From: Polyangiales bacterium
GTDB taxonomy: Bacteria > Myxococcota_A > Polyangia > Polyangiales > Ga0077539
Assembly: GCA_046351555.1 (NCBI GenBank)
Contig: JAXLYI010000006.1
Location: 58,284 to 122,283 of the forward strand
Reading direction: 5' to 3'
Length of the DNA stretch: 64,000 nt
Each line of letters opens with the position of its first letter. The first letter of the stretch is position 1. The position numbers were made by a program, and so were the translations under genes. The notes under the pieces were generated by a model. It saw only the letters and a list, made by a program, of their open reading frames with translations, was not told the origin of the DNA and searched no databases. Shown here piece by piece: positions 17,841 to 25,986 of this stretch.

Positions 17841-18488
17841 TCACCCCGCGGAAGCATCGGGCGGCACCGGCACGAACGCCTCCGCGTGCCGCCGCACCCA
17901 CGCCATCAGCAGCGCCGGCAGCTCCATCGTCGCGAACGTCTCCAGCGCCTTCGCGGCCTTCGGGCTGCCCAGCTTCACGCGCCCCGGCGTCCGCGTGGTC
18001 CCCTTCGCGACGGCCTCGAACTGCGCCGCGAGCGCCTCCAGCCCGAGCGCGCGGGCGGCCTCCGGGGTGTGGGCGACGAGGGCCGGGTCGCAGTCCATGA
18101 AGTACATCGCGAGGCCGTTGCGTGAGCACTGCCCGGCGAGCCCGTCGAGCGTGAGCCACGCGCGGACGGCCGGCGGCGCCGCCTCCACCCTCCGCCACTC
18201 CAGCAGGGTCGCCATGAGCCAGCCGTCGAGCACCTCGGCCCACAGCTCGGCGTCGGGGGCGTCCCGCACCCACTCCGGCGTCGGCTCCCACGGCGGCACG
18301 CGCACGAAGCCGCCCGCGAGCTGCGCGGCGATGAGCGCGTCCTGCTCGGCCCGCGGGATCGTCCGCGTGACGGGCTCCGGGTCGTCGTCGAACGCGATCT
18401 CGACGCGGCTCTGCGCCCCCTGCGGGGACACCGCCCACGTCACCCCCTCGGCCTCGTTGCGCAGCGTCGTGCGGAGTCTCCGGCTCAT
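17841..18488 (-). CDS. hypothetical cytoplasmic protein
   Basis: 216-aa ORF from MSRRLRTTL. Coding composition. No recognizable motif. Confidence 0.4.
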   Translation of the reverse strand: MSRRLRTTLRNEAEGVTWAVSPQGAQSRVEIAFDDDPEPVTRTIPRAEQDALIAAQLAGGFVRVPPWEPTPEWVRDAPDAELWAEVLDGWLMATLLEWRRVEAAPPAVRAWLTLDGLAGQCSRNGLAMYFMDCDPALVAHTPEAARALGLEALAAQFEAVAKGTTRTPGRVKLGSPKAAKALETFATMELPALLMAWVRRHAEAFVPVPPDASAG

Positions 18489-18585
18489 CGGCGGCGATTC
18501 TCCACCGCCCGCGCGCGCCCGCCAAAGAAACGCCGCGCCGCGCCCCGTGGACACGCGCGCGAGGGTCGCGGTATCTGTCGTCCGC

Positions 18586-19656
18586 GTGCGCGTCGGTTCG
18601 ATCGTCACGGTGCTCGTCGGCGCGGCCTGCGGGGCGCTCCATGCGGGCCCGTCGTGCGCCCAGTCGACGCGCGTGCGGCTGCGCTACGAGGCCGCCGCGG
18701 ACGCCGCGTGCCCCGACGACGTCGCCCTCCGCCGGGCCGTGACGCGCCGCCTCGGGTACGACCCCTTCGACGAAGGCGCGGCGGCGGCGGTCACGGCCAC
18801 CATCCGGCGCGCCCGCCGCGGGCTGCGCGCGTCGCTCGCGGTCGAGGGGCTGCGCGGCGGACGCCCGCGACAGATCCGCACGACCCACGGCGACTGCGCC
18901 GTGCTCGTCGACGCGCTCGCCGTCTCGCTCTGCGTGCTCATCGACCCGCGGAGCCTCACGCGCGCGGCCCCGCCCGAAGAAACACCCGCACCGCCTCCGC
19001 AAGCGCCGCCACCGCCTCCGCAAGCGCCACCACCAACGGCGGCAACACCGCCGCCTCCGCCCCCTGCCCTGCCGCCGCCACCACCGCCCGCCGCGCCGCC
19101 GCGCACGCGCCGCGGGGCGTTGGACGTTCGGTTCGAAGTCGGCGCGCTGCTCGGCGCCGTCCCCGGCGAGGACGCGGCCGCGCAGGTGCAGGCGCGCCTC
19201 GCGCTGGGGCTCGGCTGGCGCCGCGGGCGCCTCGTGCTCGCGGGGTACCTCTGGGGCTCGTTGAGCGGGAGCCAGGCGCTGGTGGTCCGTTCGGCGGGCG
19301 GCCAGGCGCAGGTGACCGTGCACGGCGTCCCCGTGGGCGTCGCGCTCATGCCGTGCGTCGACCTCCGCCCCGTCGAGCTCTGCGGGTCCGTGCAGGTCGG
19401 GGCTTTCGTCGGGTGGGGCGAGGGGTACCCCGACCCGCAGACCAACGTCGGGGCGCTGCTCGCGCTCGGCGCGCGGGCGGTGTGGACGCTGCCGTTCTCG
19501 CTCGGGCCGGTCGCGCCCTACGTCGCGCTCGACGCGTCGTGGATGGCCGTCCGCCCCGAGCTCCACCTCACGGTCGCGCGCGAAGACCAGAGCGTCTGGA
19601 CGCCCGCGGGGTACCTCCTCCACGGCGGCGCCGGGGTCCGCGTCGCGCTCCCGTGA
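18586..19656 (+). CDS. secreted protein with a proline-rich spacer, immediately upstream of the ECF sigma gene
   Basis: The GTG start gives a signal-like IVTVLVGAACGALHA. The spacer PAPPPQAPPPPPQAPPP is encoded by a 24-bp tandem DNA repeat (about 19000..19050). The C-terminal half is rich in beta-strand-like alternation. It stops 14 nt before the sigma-factor ORF. Confidence 0.45.
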   Translation: MRVGSIVTVLVGAACGALHAGPSCAQSTRVRLRYEAAADAACPDDVALRRAVTRRLGYDPFDEGAAAAVTATIRRARRGLRASLAVEGLRGGRPRQIRTTHGDCAVLVDALAVSLCVLIDPRSLTRAAPPEETPAPPPQAPPPPPQAPPPTAATPPPPPPALPPPPPPAAPPRTRRGALDVRFEVGALLGAVPGEDAAAQVQARLALGLGWRRGRLVLAGYLWGSLSGSQALVVRSAGGQAQVTVHGVPVGVALMPCVDLRPVELCGSVQVGAFVGWGEGYPDPQTNVGALLALGARAVWTLPFSLGPVAPYVALDASWMAVRPELHLTVAREDQSVWTPAGYLLHGGAGVRVALP

Positions 19657-19669
19657 TGCCCTCCGTCGA

Positions 19670-20272
19670 TTGCGTGAGAATCGGGGCCGCGACCCGGCAA
19701 TGGGGTGGGCCGTGTTGACGTCGCTCCTGCGCGCCGAGGACGAAGCCCCCGACCCGACGGTCGACGCGGAGGCGTTCCGCGCGCTCTACCAGCGCGAGTT
19801 CGACTTCGTCTGGAACGTCGTCCGCCGCCTCGGCGTCGCCGAGCGCGACCTGCCCGACGTGGTTCACGACGTGTTCGTGGTGGTGTACCGGCGCTTCTCC
19901 ACCTACGACCCCTCGCGGCCGCTGCGCCCGTGGCTCTTCGGCATCGCCTTCCGGGCGCAGGCCTCGCACCGCCGTCGGCTGCGCGAGGCGGGCCGCGCCG
20001 ACCGTGAGCCCGACACCCTCCAGGGCGACGCCCCCGCGCCCGACGAGCGGATGATCGAGCGCGAGCGGCGCGCGCTGGTCCACACGATCCTGCAGGGCCT
20101 CTCGCCCGAGCACCGCGCGGTGCTGGTCGGGCACGAGCTGGAGGGGCTCCCGATGGCCGCGCTCTCCGAGGCGCTCGACGTCCCGGTGAAGACGCTCTAC
20201 TCCCGGCTGCGCGCCGCGCGCGAGGAGTTCGTCGCCGCGATGCGCCGCCACGCGCTGCGAGGTGCGCGATGA
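19670..20272 (+). CDS. ECF-type RNA polymerase sigma-70 factor
   Basis: Region 2 reads FRALYQREFDFVWNVVRRLGV...DVVHDVFVVVYRRF. Region 4 reads LSPEHRAVLVGHELEGLPMAALSEALDVPVKTLYSRLRAARE. The alternative ATG at 19700 (MGWAV..) may be the true start. Confidence 0.75.
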   Translation: MRENRGRDPAMGWAVLTSLLRAEDEAPDPTVDAEAFRALYQREFDFVWNVVRRLGVAERDLPDVVHDVFVVVYRRFSTYDPSRPLRPWLFGIAFRAQASHRRRLREAGRADREPDTLQGDAPAPDERMIERERRALVHTILQGLSPEHRAVLVGHELEGLPMAALSEALDVPVKTLYSRLRAAREEFVAAMRRHALRGAR

Positions 20273-20961
20273 GCGACGACCTCCCGCCGCTGCCGCCCGA
20301 GGCCCGCGCGCTCTTCGACGCCGCGCGCGAGGCTCCGCCCCCGCCCGACGCGGCGCGGGCGGCCGTGTACGAACGGGTGCTTCGAACGGTCGCCGCGCCC
20401 GGCCCTGGCAACCCGCCCGCAGCCGCGGCGCCCGCGTCGTCGCTCGCGGTCAAGTCCGTCGCCGCGGTCGGCGCCGCGCTCGCGGTCGCCGCCGGCGTCA
20501 CGGTCGCGCTCTGGTCGGGCACGCGCGTCCCCGCGCCGCGCACCGTCCCCGCAGCGGCACCGCGCGTGGCGCCCGCATCGCCCGCGCCACCCGTCGCTCC
20601 CGCGGCGCCGCGCGAGGCGTTGCACGACACCGATGCCTCCGCCGCGCCCGCCGACGCGGCGTCCCCACGCCCCCACGCCCGCGCGCCGGAGGACGACCTC
20701 GCCGCGGAGGTCGCGCTCGTCGACGAAGCCCGCGCGACCCTCGCACGCGGCGACGCGGCCGGCGCGCAGCGCGTGGTGCGGCGGTACCGACACCTGTCGC
20801 ACCGACGGCTCGACGCGGAGATGGACGTGCTGGAGGTCCGCGCGGCGGTGCTCGGCCACGACCCCGCGGGCGCCGGGCGACTGGCCGAGCGGTTCCACCG
20901 TCGCCACCCCGGGAGCGTGCTCGCCGCGCAGGTCGACGACGCGGTGCGCGGCGCCCGATGA
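20269..20961 (+). CDS. single-pass anti-sigma factor (putative)
   Basis: It overlaps the sigma stop by 4 bp (ATGA). Architecture is a short cytoplasmic N-terminus, one TM helix (LAVKSVAAVGAALAVAAGVTVALW) and a helical periplasmic domain. Confidence 0.5.
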   Translation: MSDDLPPLPPEARALFDAAREAPPPPDAARAAVYERVLRTVAAPGPGNPPAAAAPASSLAVKSVAAVGAALAVAAGVTVALWSGTRVPAPRTVPAAAPRVAPASPAPPVAPAAPREALHDTDASAAPADAASPRPHARAPEDDLAAEVALVDEARATLARGDAAGAQRVVRRYRHLSHRRLDAEMDVLEVRAAVLGHDPAGAGRLAERFHRRHPGSVLAAQVDDAVRGAR

Positions 20962-21602
20962 CCCAACGCGTGCGCCACGGACTCCTGACGGCGGTTCTCT
21001 TCGGCGCGGCCTGCGTGCGGATCGACCTGGGCGCGATCGAGTTCGCGCGCGGCGACGCGTCCGACGGGGGCGACGCGCCCACGCTCGACGCGGCCGACGT
21101 TGCCGACGCGTCGCCCGACGAGGGCGTCGACGCGCCCGACGTCGCCGTGGACGCGTTCTCGGAGGACGTCGCGACGCCGCGCGACCTCGCACCCGACGCC
21201 ACGGACGTGGGCGACGCGCCCGACGTCGTCGACGCCGCGCTCGATGCCATGGACGCGGTGACTGACGGGGCAAGCGACGTCGCGGACGCCGCGCTCGACG
21301 CCGTAGATGCCGTGGCCGACGCATCCGATGCAGCGATGCCCGGGTGTCCGGCCGGATGGACGCGCTGCGGGGCCGTGTGCGTCGACCTCAACGCCGACGA
21401 CGCCCACTGCGGCGCGTGCGGGCTCGCCTGCCCCGCCGGCTCCCCCTGCACGTCGGGCGCGTGCGGCGTGCGCTGCAGCACCCCGATGGTCATGTGCGGC
21501 GTGACCTGCGTCGACCTCGCCACCGACCCTTCGCACTGCGGGTTCTGCGGCGCCGCCTGCCCCGCCGGCCGCCGCTGCGTGGGCGGCGTGTGCGTGCCGT
21601 AG
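20958..21602 (+). CDS. Cys-rich repeat lipoprotein (paralogue A)
   Basis: The ATG overlaps the anti-sigma stop (ATGA). The lipobox is LFGAAC. An Asp/Ala/Pro/Val-rich tether precedes C-terminal modules of the form CG.VCVDL..D..HCG.CG..CP.G..C..G.CG. The protein ends ..HCGFCGAACPAGRRCVGGVCVP. Confidence 0.65.
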   Translation: MTQRVRHGLLTAVLFGAACVRIDLGAIEFARGDASDGGDAPTLDAADVADASPDEGVDAPDVAVDAFSEDVATPRDLAPDATDVGDAPDVVDAALDAMDAVTDGASDVADAALDAVDAVADASDAAMPGCPAGWTRCGAVCVDLNADDAHCGACGLACPAGSPCTSGACGVRCSTPMVMCGVTCVDLATDPSHCGFCGAACPAGRRCVGGVCVP

Positions 21603-21736
21603 CGGGCGACGTCGATTCGGTGAGAAGTCGCCGCGCGGTCGCGCAATCGGGGTCACCGAGGACGCGCCGAGTCGTCCCTGGCCTGCCGCCGGGGACGTGG
21701 GGGCGACGTCTGCGCTCGGGTCACAAGGAGCGAACC

Positions 21737-22837
21737 ATGAGGAGTCCCCAGAGCGTCTGTCGTGCCGCGACGATCATCATGCTGACCGCGGCGGCCTGCG
21801 CCGACGACCCGCCGGTCGCGCCCGCGCCGACGGACGGCGTCGCCACGATCGGCCGCGCCGGAGGCCGCGTGTCCCTCTCGAACGGCGCGTCGGTGGAGGT
21901 GCCCGCGGGGGCCCTCGCCGCCGACGTCCGCATCAGCCTCCGCGCGGGCGACGCCGCGGCCGCGCTGCCCGACGGAGCCACGAGCGCGGGGGCGGTGGTG
22001 GACTTTGCGCCGAGCGGGCAGCGCTTCGCGGCGGCCGTGACGATCACGCTGCCGACGACCGCCCTCGCGTCGGCGGTGTACACCCGGCCAACGACGGCGG
22101 ACGCCTGGGCGCGGGTCGAGGGCGCGAGCTTCGACGCCGCGCGGCGCGTGATCACCGTGCGGACGACGCACTTCTCGGAGTACGTCCCCGCGGCCGAGCC
22201 CGCGCCGCCCGACGCGGCTGTGCCCGACGCGGCTGTGCCCGACGCGGCGGCCCCTGACGCGGCTGCGCCCGACGCGGCTGCCCCTGACGTGACTGCGCCT
22301 GACGTGACTGCGCCCGACACGAACCCGCTCGACGCACGCACCCCCGACGCGACCGCACCGGATGCCTCCGCGCCCGACGCGAGCCCGCCTGATGCGACTG
22401 CGCCCGACGCGACCGCGCCCGACGCGAGCGCGCCCGACGCGCCCGACGTCTGCGCGCCGCCGCGGACCCGCTGCGGCGCTGCCTGCGTCGACCTCAACAC
22501 CGACGGCCTCAACTGCGGCTCGTGCGGGACCGCCTGCGTCGCGGACGTCCCCTGCATGGCGGGGGCGTGCATCCGGCCCTGCGCGCGCCCGTTCGTCCTG
22601 TGCTCGGGCCGGTGCGTCGACGCCAACACCGACGCCACGAACTGCGGCGCCTGCGGGGTCTCGTGCGCGCCCGGGATGGCTTGCACGGCTGGCGTGTGCG
22701 GCTCGCCGTGCGCTGCGCCCCGGATCCTCTGCGGGTCGGTCTGCGCCGACCTCAACACCGACACGTCGCACTGCGGGTTCTGCGGCGCCGCGTGCCCCGC
22801 CGGCCGCCGCTGCGTCGGCGGGGTTTGCATGCCCTGA
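21737..22837 (+). CDS. Cys-rich repeat lipoprotein (paralogue B) with a long PDA(A/V/T)xPDA tether
   Basis: An AAGGAG RBS precedes it. The lipobox is LTAAAC. About 17 tandem PDAxA pentapeptides occur. There are four C-terminal Cys modules. The last 25 aa are nearly identical to paralogue A (..HCGFCGAACPAGRRCVGGVCMP). Confidence 0.7.
   Translation: MRSPQSVCRAATIIMLTAAACADDPPVAPAPTDGVATIGRAGGRVSLSNGASVEVPAGALAADVRISLRAGDAAAALPDGATSAGAVVDFAPSGQRFAAAVTITLPTTALASAVYTRPTTADAWARVEGASFDAARRVITVRTTHFSEYVPAAEPAPPDAAVPDAAVPDAAAPDAAAPDAAAPDVTAPDVTAPDTNPLDARTPDATAPDASAPDASPPDATAPDATAPDASAPDAPDVCAPPRTRCGAACVDLNTDGLNCGSCGTACVADVPCMAGACIRPCARPFVLCSGRCVDANTDATNCGACGVSCAPGMACTAGVCGSPCAAPRILCGSVCADLNTDTSHCGFCGAACPAGRRCVGGVCMP
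22187..22442 (+). repeat. tandem 15-bp coding repeats (gcNcccgacgcggcN...) encoding (A/V)PDAA pentapeptides within paralogue B
   Basis: The units ccgacgcggctgtgcccgacgcggctgtgcccgacgcggcggcccctgacgcggctgcgccc... are visible directly in the sequence. Confidence 0.7.
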
Positions 22838-22853
22838 GGGGGCGCGGCGCGCG

Positions 22854-24263
22854 TCAGAGCTGCACGCGCACGGGTGCGAAGCGGGCGACGTTGGTGCCGT
22901 CGCCGAGCTGGCCGTACTCGTTGCGCCCCCAACACCACACCGTCCCATCGGCCTTGAGGGCGCAGGTGTGATAGGCCCCCGCGGCGACCTGGACGACGTC
23001 CGAGAGGGGCACCGTCGCGGGGGTGGCCACCGTGGCGCCGTACACGTCGGCGCCGACCTGGCCGCCGTGGTTCATCCCCCAGCAGGAGACGGTGCGGTCG
23101 CGGCGCAAGGCGCAGAAGTGAAACGCGCCCGCGGTGATCGCGGTGACCTGCGTGATCGCGGCGCGGGTCGGCGCGTTGAGCGGCGTCACGCCGCTGCTCC
23201 CGTTGCCGGCCTCGCCCATGAGGGCCGACCCGGCGCAGTACACGTTGCCCCCCGCGACGACGGCGCAGTAGCTCTCTTGAGCCGCCGCCACCGCGGTGCA
23301 CTGCCCGAGCGGCACCGACCAGAGGCCGTCGCCCAGGGTCGCGTAGACCTTGAGGTACGCGTTCGGGTCCAGCACGAGCGCGTCGTTGGCGGCGCGGTCG
23401 CTGGGGAAGGACGTGGACGTCAGCACGACGCCCTGCGCTTCGAAGGTCACGCTGGTGTTGATGTTGGCGACGGTCGTCCAGCAGTGCCAATCCGAGCCGA
23501 AGTTGCCGCACATCGTCTGCCTCCCCGTCGCGATGGCGATCGGCTCGACGTCGAAGTTGGTGCGCGGCACGAGGGAGGTGCCCGAGCCGTCGTCCGCGAG
23601 GAGCCCGCCGAAGTTGCCCCAGCAGGCCAGTCCGTTGGCGGTCGTGGCGCAGGCGTAGCGCTGCCCCGCGGCCACCTGCGTGGCGTTGACGAGGCCAGCG
23701 ATCGTGCGGGGGGCGCGCGCGTTGGCGGTGGTCCCGTCGCCGAGCTGCCCTTGATCGTTGAGGCCCCACGCGCGGACGGAGCCGTCCTGCATGAGCGCGT
23801 ACGTGGCGTAGCTCTCTGGCCCTGAGAAGATGGCGCGCACCGGCTGGACGAAATCCACCGTGCCGGGCGTGGTGACGTTGGGGCGCAGCGTGAGCGCCAG
23901 GCGCGTGAGCACCCCCGGGGTGATGGTCGCGCTCACGGCCTCGCCCACCCACGTCGCGACGGTGCCCGCGGCGACGCTCCCGCAGGCGACGTTGAAGGCG
24001 CTCGAGCGGAAGGCGTACGCGCCCGCGGCGAGGTAGCCGAGGTCGAAGCTCGCCGCCGCGCCGGGGGCCACGGCGAAGTTGCGCGTGGTGTCGGCGGTCG
24101 CGTTGGGCGCGCGGTAGACGACGCGGAGGCAGCCGACGCCCGCGGGGACGGACTGCACCTCGGCGAGGGCGCTGCCGACGTCGTCGGCGGGCGGCTCGCC
24201 GAAGCAGCCGGCGGCGGTGAGCGCGGTGACGAAGGGGAGGGCAGCGGAGGGGCGGGTACGCAC
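22854..24263 (-). CDS. RCC1-repeat (regulator of chromosome condensation-like) beta-propeller lipoprotein
   Basis: The GTG start gives VRTRPSAALPFVTALTAAGC, a lipobox. Repeats with the ..WGxNxxGQLGDG.. signature occur (VRAWGLNDQGQLGDG, VWCWGRNEYGQLGDG, VSCWGMNHGGQVG). Confidence 0.65.
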   Translation of the reverse strand: MRTRPSAALPFVTALTAAGCFGEPPADDVGSALAEVQSVPAGVGCLRVVYRAPNATADTTRNFAVAPGAAASFDLGYLAAGAYAFRSSAFNVACGSVAAGTVATWVGEAVSATITPGVLTRLALTLRPNVTTPGTVDFVQPVRAIFSGPESYATYALMQDGSVRAWGLNDQGQLGDGTTANARAPRTIAGLVNATQVAAGQRYACATTANGLACWGNFGGLLADDGSGTSLVPRTNFDVEPIAIATGRQTMCGNFGSDWHCWTTVANINTSVTFEAQGVVLTSTSFPSDRAANDALVLDPNAYLKVYATLGDGLWSVPLGQCTAVAAAQESYCAVVAGGNVYCAGSALMGEAGNGSSGVTPLNAPTRAAITQVTAITAGAFHFCALRRDRTVSCWGMNHGGQVGADVYGATVATPATVPLSDVVQVAAGAYHTCALKADGTVWCWGRNEYGQLGDGTNVARFAPVRVQL

Positions 24264-24435
24264 GGCGGGTCGATCCTGGGAGCGCGTCGGCGCGACGTGC
24301 GCCGAGGACGCGCGAGCCGTGAGCAGGGCCCGTGCCGCCACGAAACAGCCTTCTTTTTGTGGCTTTTGCGTGTCTTCGGGGCGAGACACCGCTGCAACGC
24401 CCCGTGGCGCGGTCGTCACGCGTCGGGCGCGGGCT

Positions 24436-25251
24436 TCACCCCGCGAGGGCGGCGCGCAGTGCGGCGTCGAGCGGCGGGGCGGCGACGACGATGCCCCGGT
24501 CGAGCGGCAGGTGCGCGGTGTCGTAGCGGATCGCGGCGCCGGACTCGTCGGTCACCGCCGCCCCCGCGGCGCGCGCGATCGCCTCGGGCGCGCAGCCGTC
24601 CCAGAGCTTCGGGCCCGCGCCGAGGTGGACGTACGCGTCGGCCTCGCCCGCGGCGACGGAGGCCACCTTGAGCCCGACGCTCCCGCAGACCCGCGGGCGC
24701 AGCGCGAGGCGCTCGGCGACGGCCGTGACGCGCGGGTGCGGGTGCGAGCGCGAGGTCATCAGTGTCGCGCCCGCGGCCTCGTGGCGGACGGGCGCGCAGA
24801 GGGGGCGGCGCGTGCCGTCGGCGGTGAGCTCCCAGGCCCCGTCACCCACCACGCCGACGAAGGTGCGGCCCCACGCGGGGGCGACGAGCACGCCGAGCGC
24901 GGCGCGGCCCTCCACCGCGAGCCCCACCATCACGCAGAACTCCCCGTTGCGGCTCACGAACTCCCTGGTGCCGTCGAGCGGGTCGACGAACCAGCAGCGC
25001 CCGCCCCGCGCCGCGGCGCGCGCGGAGTCTTCGAGCGACGACTCCTCGGCGCACACGGGGTCGTCGGGGAAGGCGGCCGCGAGGCGCTCGAGGATGCGGT
25101 CGTTGGCGCGACGGTCGGCCTCGGTGACGGGGTCGCCGACGCCCTTCCAGTCGACGGCGAAGTCCGTGGCGTACACCGCGGCGATGAGGGACGCGGCCTC
25201 GCGGGCGGCGGCGAGGGCGACGCCGAGCTCGCGCTCGTAGGGGGGGCTCAT
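24436..25251 (-). CDS. inositol monophosphatase family protein (CysQ/SuhB-like 3'(2'),5'-bisphosphate nucleotidase or IMPase)
   Basis: The metal-binding motif is WFVDPLDGTREFV, with the upstream ..EES.. acidic site. Length is 271 aa. Confidence 0.75.
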   Translation of the reverse strand: MSPPYERELGVALAAAREAASLIAAVYATDFAVDWKGVGDPVTEADRRANDRILERLAAAFPDDPVCAEESSLEDSARAAARGGRCWFVDPLDGTREFVSRNGEFCVMVGLAVEGRAALGVLVAPAWGRTFVGVVGDGAWELTADGTRRPLCAPVRHEAAGATLMTSRSHPHPRVTAVAERLALRPRVCGSVGLKVASVAAGEADAYVHLGAGPKLWDGCAPEAIARAAGAAVTDESGAAIRYDTAHLPLDRGIVVAAPPLDAALRAALAG

Positions 25252-25344
25252 GGCGTGGGCGTAGGCCGTCGCGCCGCGGATTTCAAGCGCGGTCTGCGCG
25301 GGCGGGGTTTGCCACCGGGGGGCGACTTGACCTACAACCTGACC

Positions 25345-25593
25345 ATGATCCGCGTGAACGTCGCCGAGGCGAAGGCCCACCTGTCGGAGTACCTCGACAA
25401 GCTCGAGGGCGGGCAGACGGACGTCGTGGTGCTGTGCCGCCGCAACGAGCCGATCGCGGAGATCCGCCCCCTCCCTCGCGCGGAGGAGAAGCCCCGCCCG
25501 GTGGGGCGCGCGAAGGGGACGTTCAGCGTGCCGAAGACGTTCTTCGAGCCGCTGCCGGACGAGTTCGTCGCGGCGTTCGCGGGCGAGACGTGA
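25345..25593 (+). CDS. Phd/YefM-family type II antitoxin
   Basis: 82 aa. The N-terminal signature is MIRVNVAEAKAHLSEYLDKLEGGQTDVVVL. It overlaps the downstream PIN toxin start (GTGA). Confidence 0.7.
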   Translation: MIRVNVAEAKAHLSEYLDKLEGGQTDVVVLCRRNEPIAEIRPLPRAEEKPRPVGRAKGTFSVPKTFFEPLPDEFVAAFAGET

Positions 25594-25976
25594 AGGTCCT
25601 CCTCGACACCTGCGCGTTCCTCTGGATCATCGCGGACGCGCCCGAGCTCTCGGAGGCGGCGAGGCGGTGCTTCCGCGACCCGGCCAACGAGGTCTTCCTG
25701 AGCGCGGCGTCCGCGTGGGAGATCTCCGTCAAGCACGCGCTCGGCCGCCTGCCGCTGCCCGAAGCCCCGGCGCGCTTCGTCCCCGCGCAGCGCCGCGCCC
25801 ACCGCATCGAGGCCCTCCCGCTCGACGAGGAGGCCGCGCTGCGCGTCAGCGGTCTGCCCGACTGGCACAAGGACCCGTTCGACCGGATCCTCATCTGCCA
25901 GGCGCTCGCGCAAGGCATGACGCTGCTCACGCCCGACCCCCTCATCCAGCGGTACCCCGTCACCACGCTCTGGTGA
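25590..25976 (+). CDS. vapC: VapC-family PIN-domain toxin (type II TA)
   Basis: The GTG start gives VKVLLDTCAFLWII with the first PIN acidic residue. Later acidic residues are at ..SAASAWEISVKHA.. and ..PFDRILICQA.. Length is 128 aa. Confidence 0.75.
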   Translation: MKVLLDTCAFLWIIADAPELSEAARRCFRDPANEVFLSAASAWEISVKHALGRLPLPEAPARFVPAQRRAHRIEALPLDEEAALRVSGLPDWHKDPFDRILICQALAQGMTLLTPDPLIQRYPVTTLW

Positions 25977-25986
25977 CGGCGGCACC

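Noticed and set aside
16813-18585. N-terminal 590 codons of ORF 16813..19656 and the nested ORFs 17023..17718 and 17229..17633
   Set aside because: They are out of frame or antisense relative to the ferritin-like lipoprotein and the 17841..18488 gene. Only the last ~355 codons (from the GTG at 18586) show signal-peptide and domain logic.
19518-21656. 712-aa minus-strand ORF (and 20197..21324, 20498..21646) antisense to the sigma/anti-sigma/lipoprotein genes
   Set aside because: Antisense to genes with sigma-70 motifs. Translations are poly-Arg/Ala/Gly.
21721-23952. 743-aa minus-strand ORF spanning two convergent real genes
   Set aside because: It crosses the boundary between a plus-strand and a minus-strand gene, has no motifs, and is compositionally Gly/Arg-rich.
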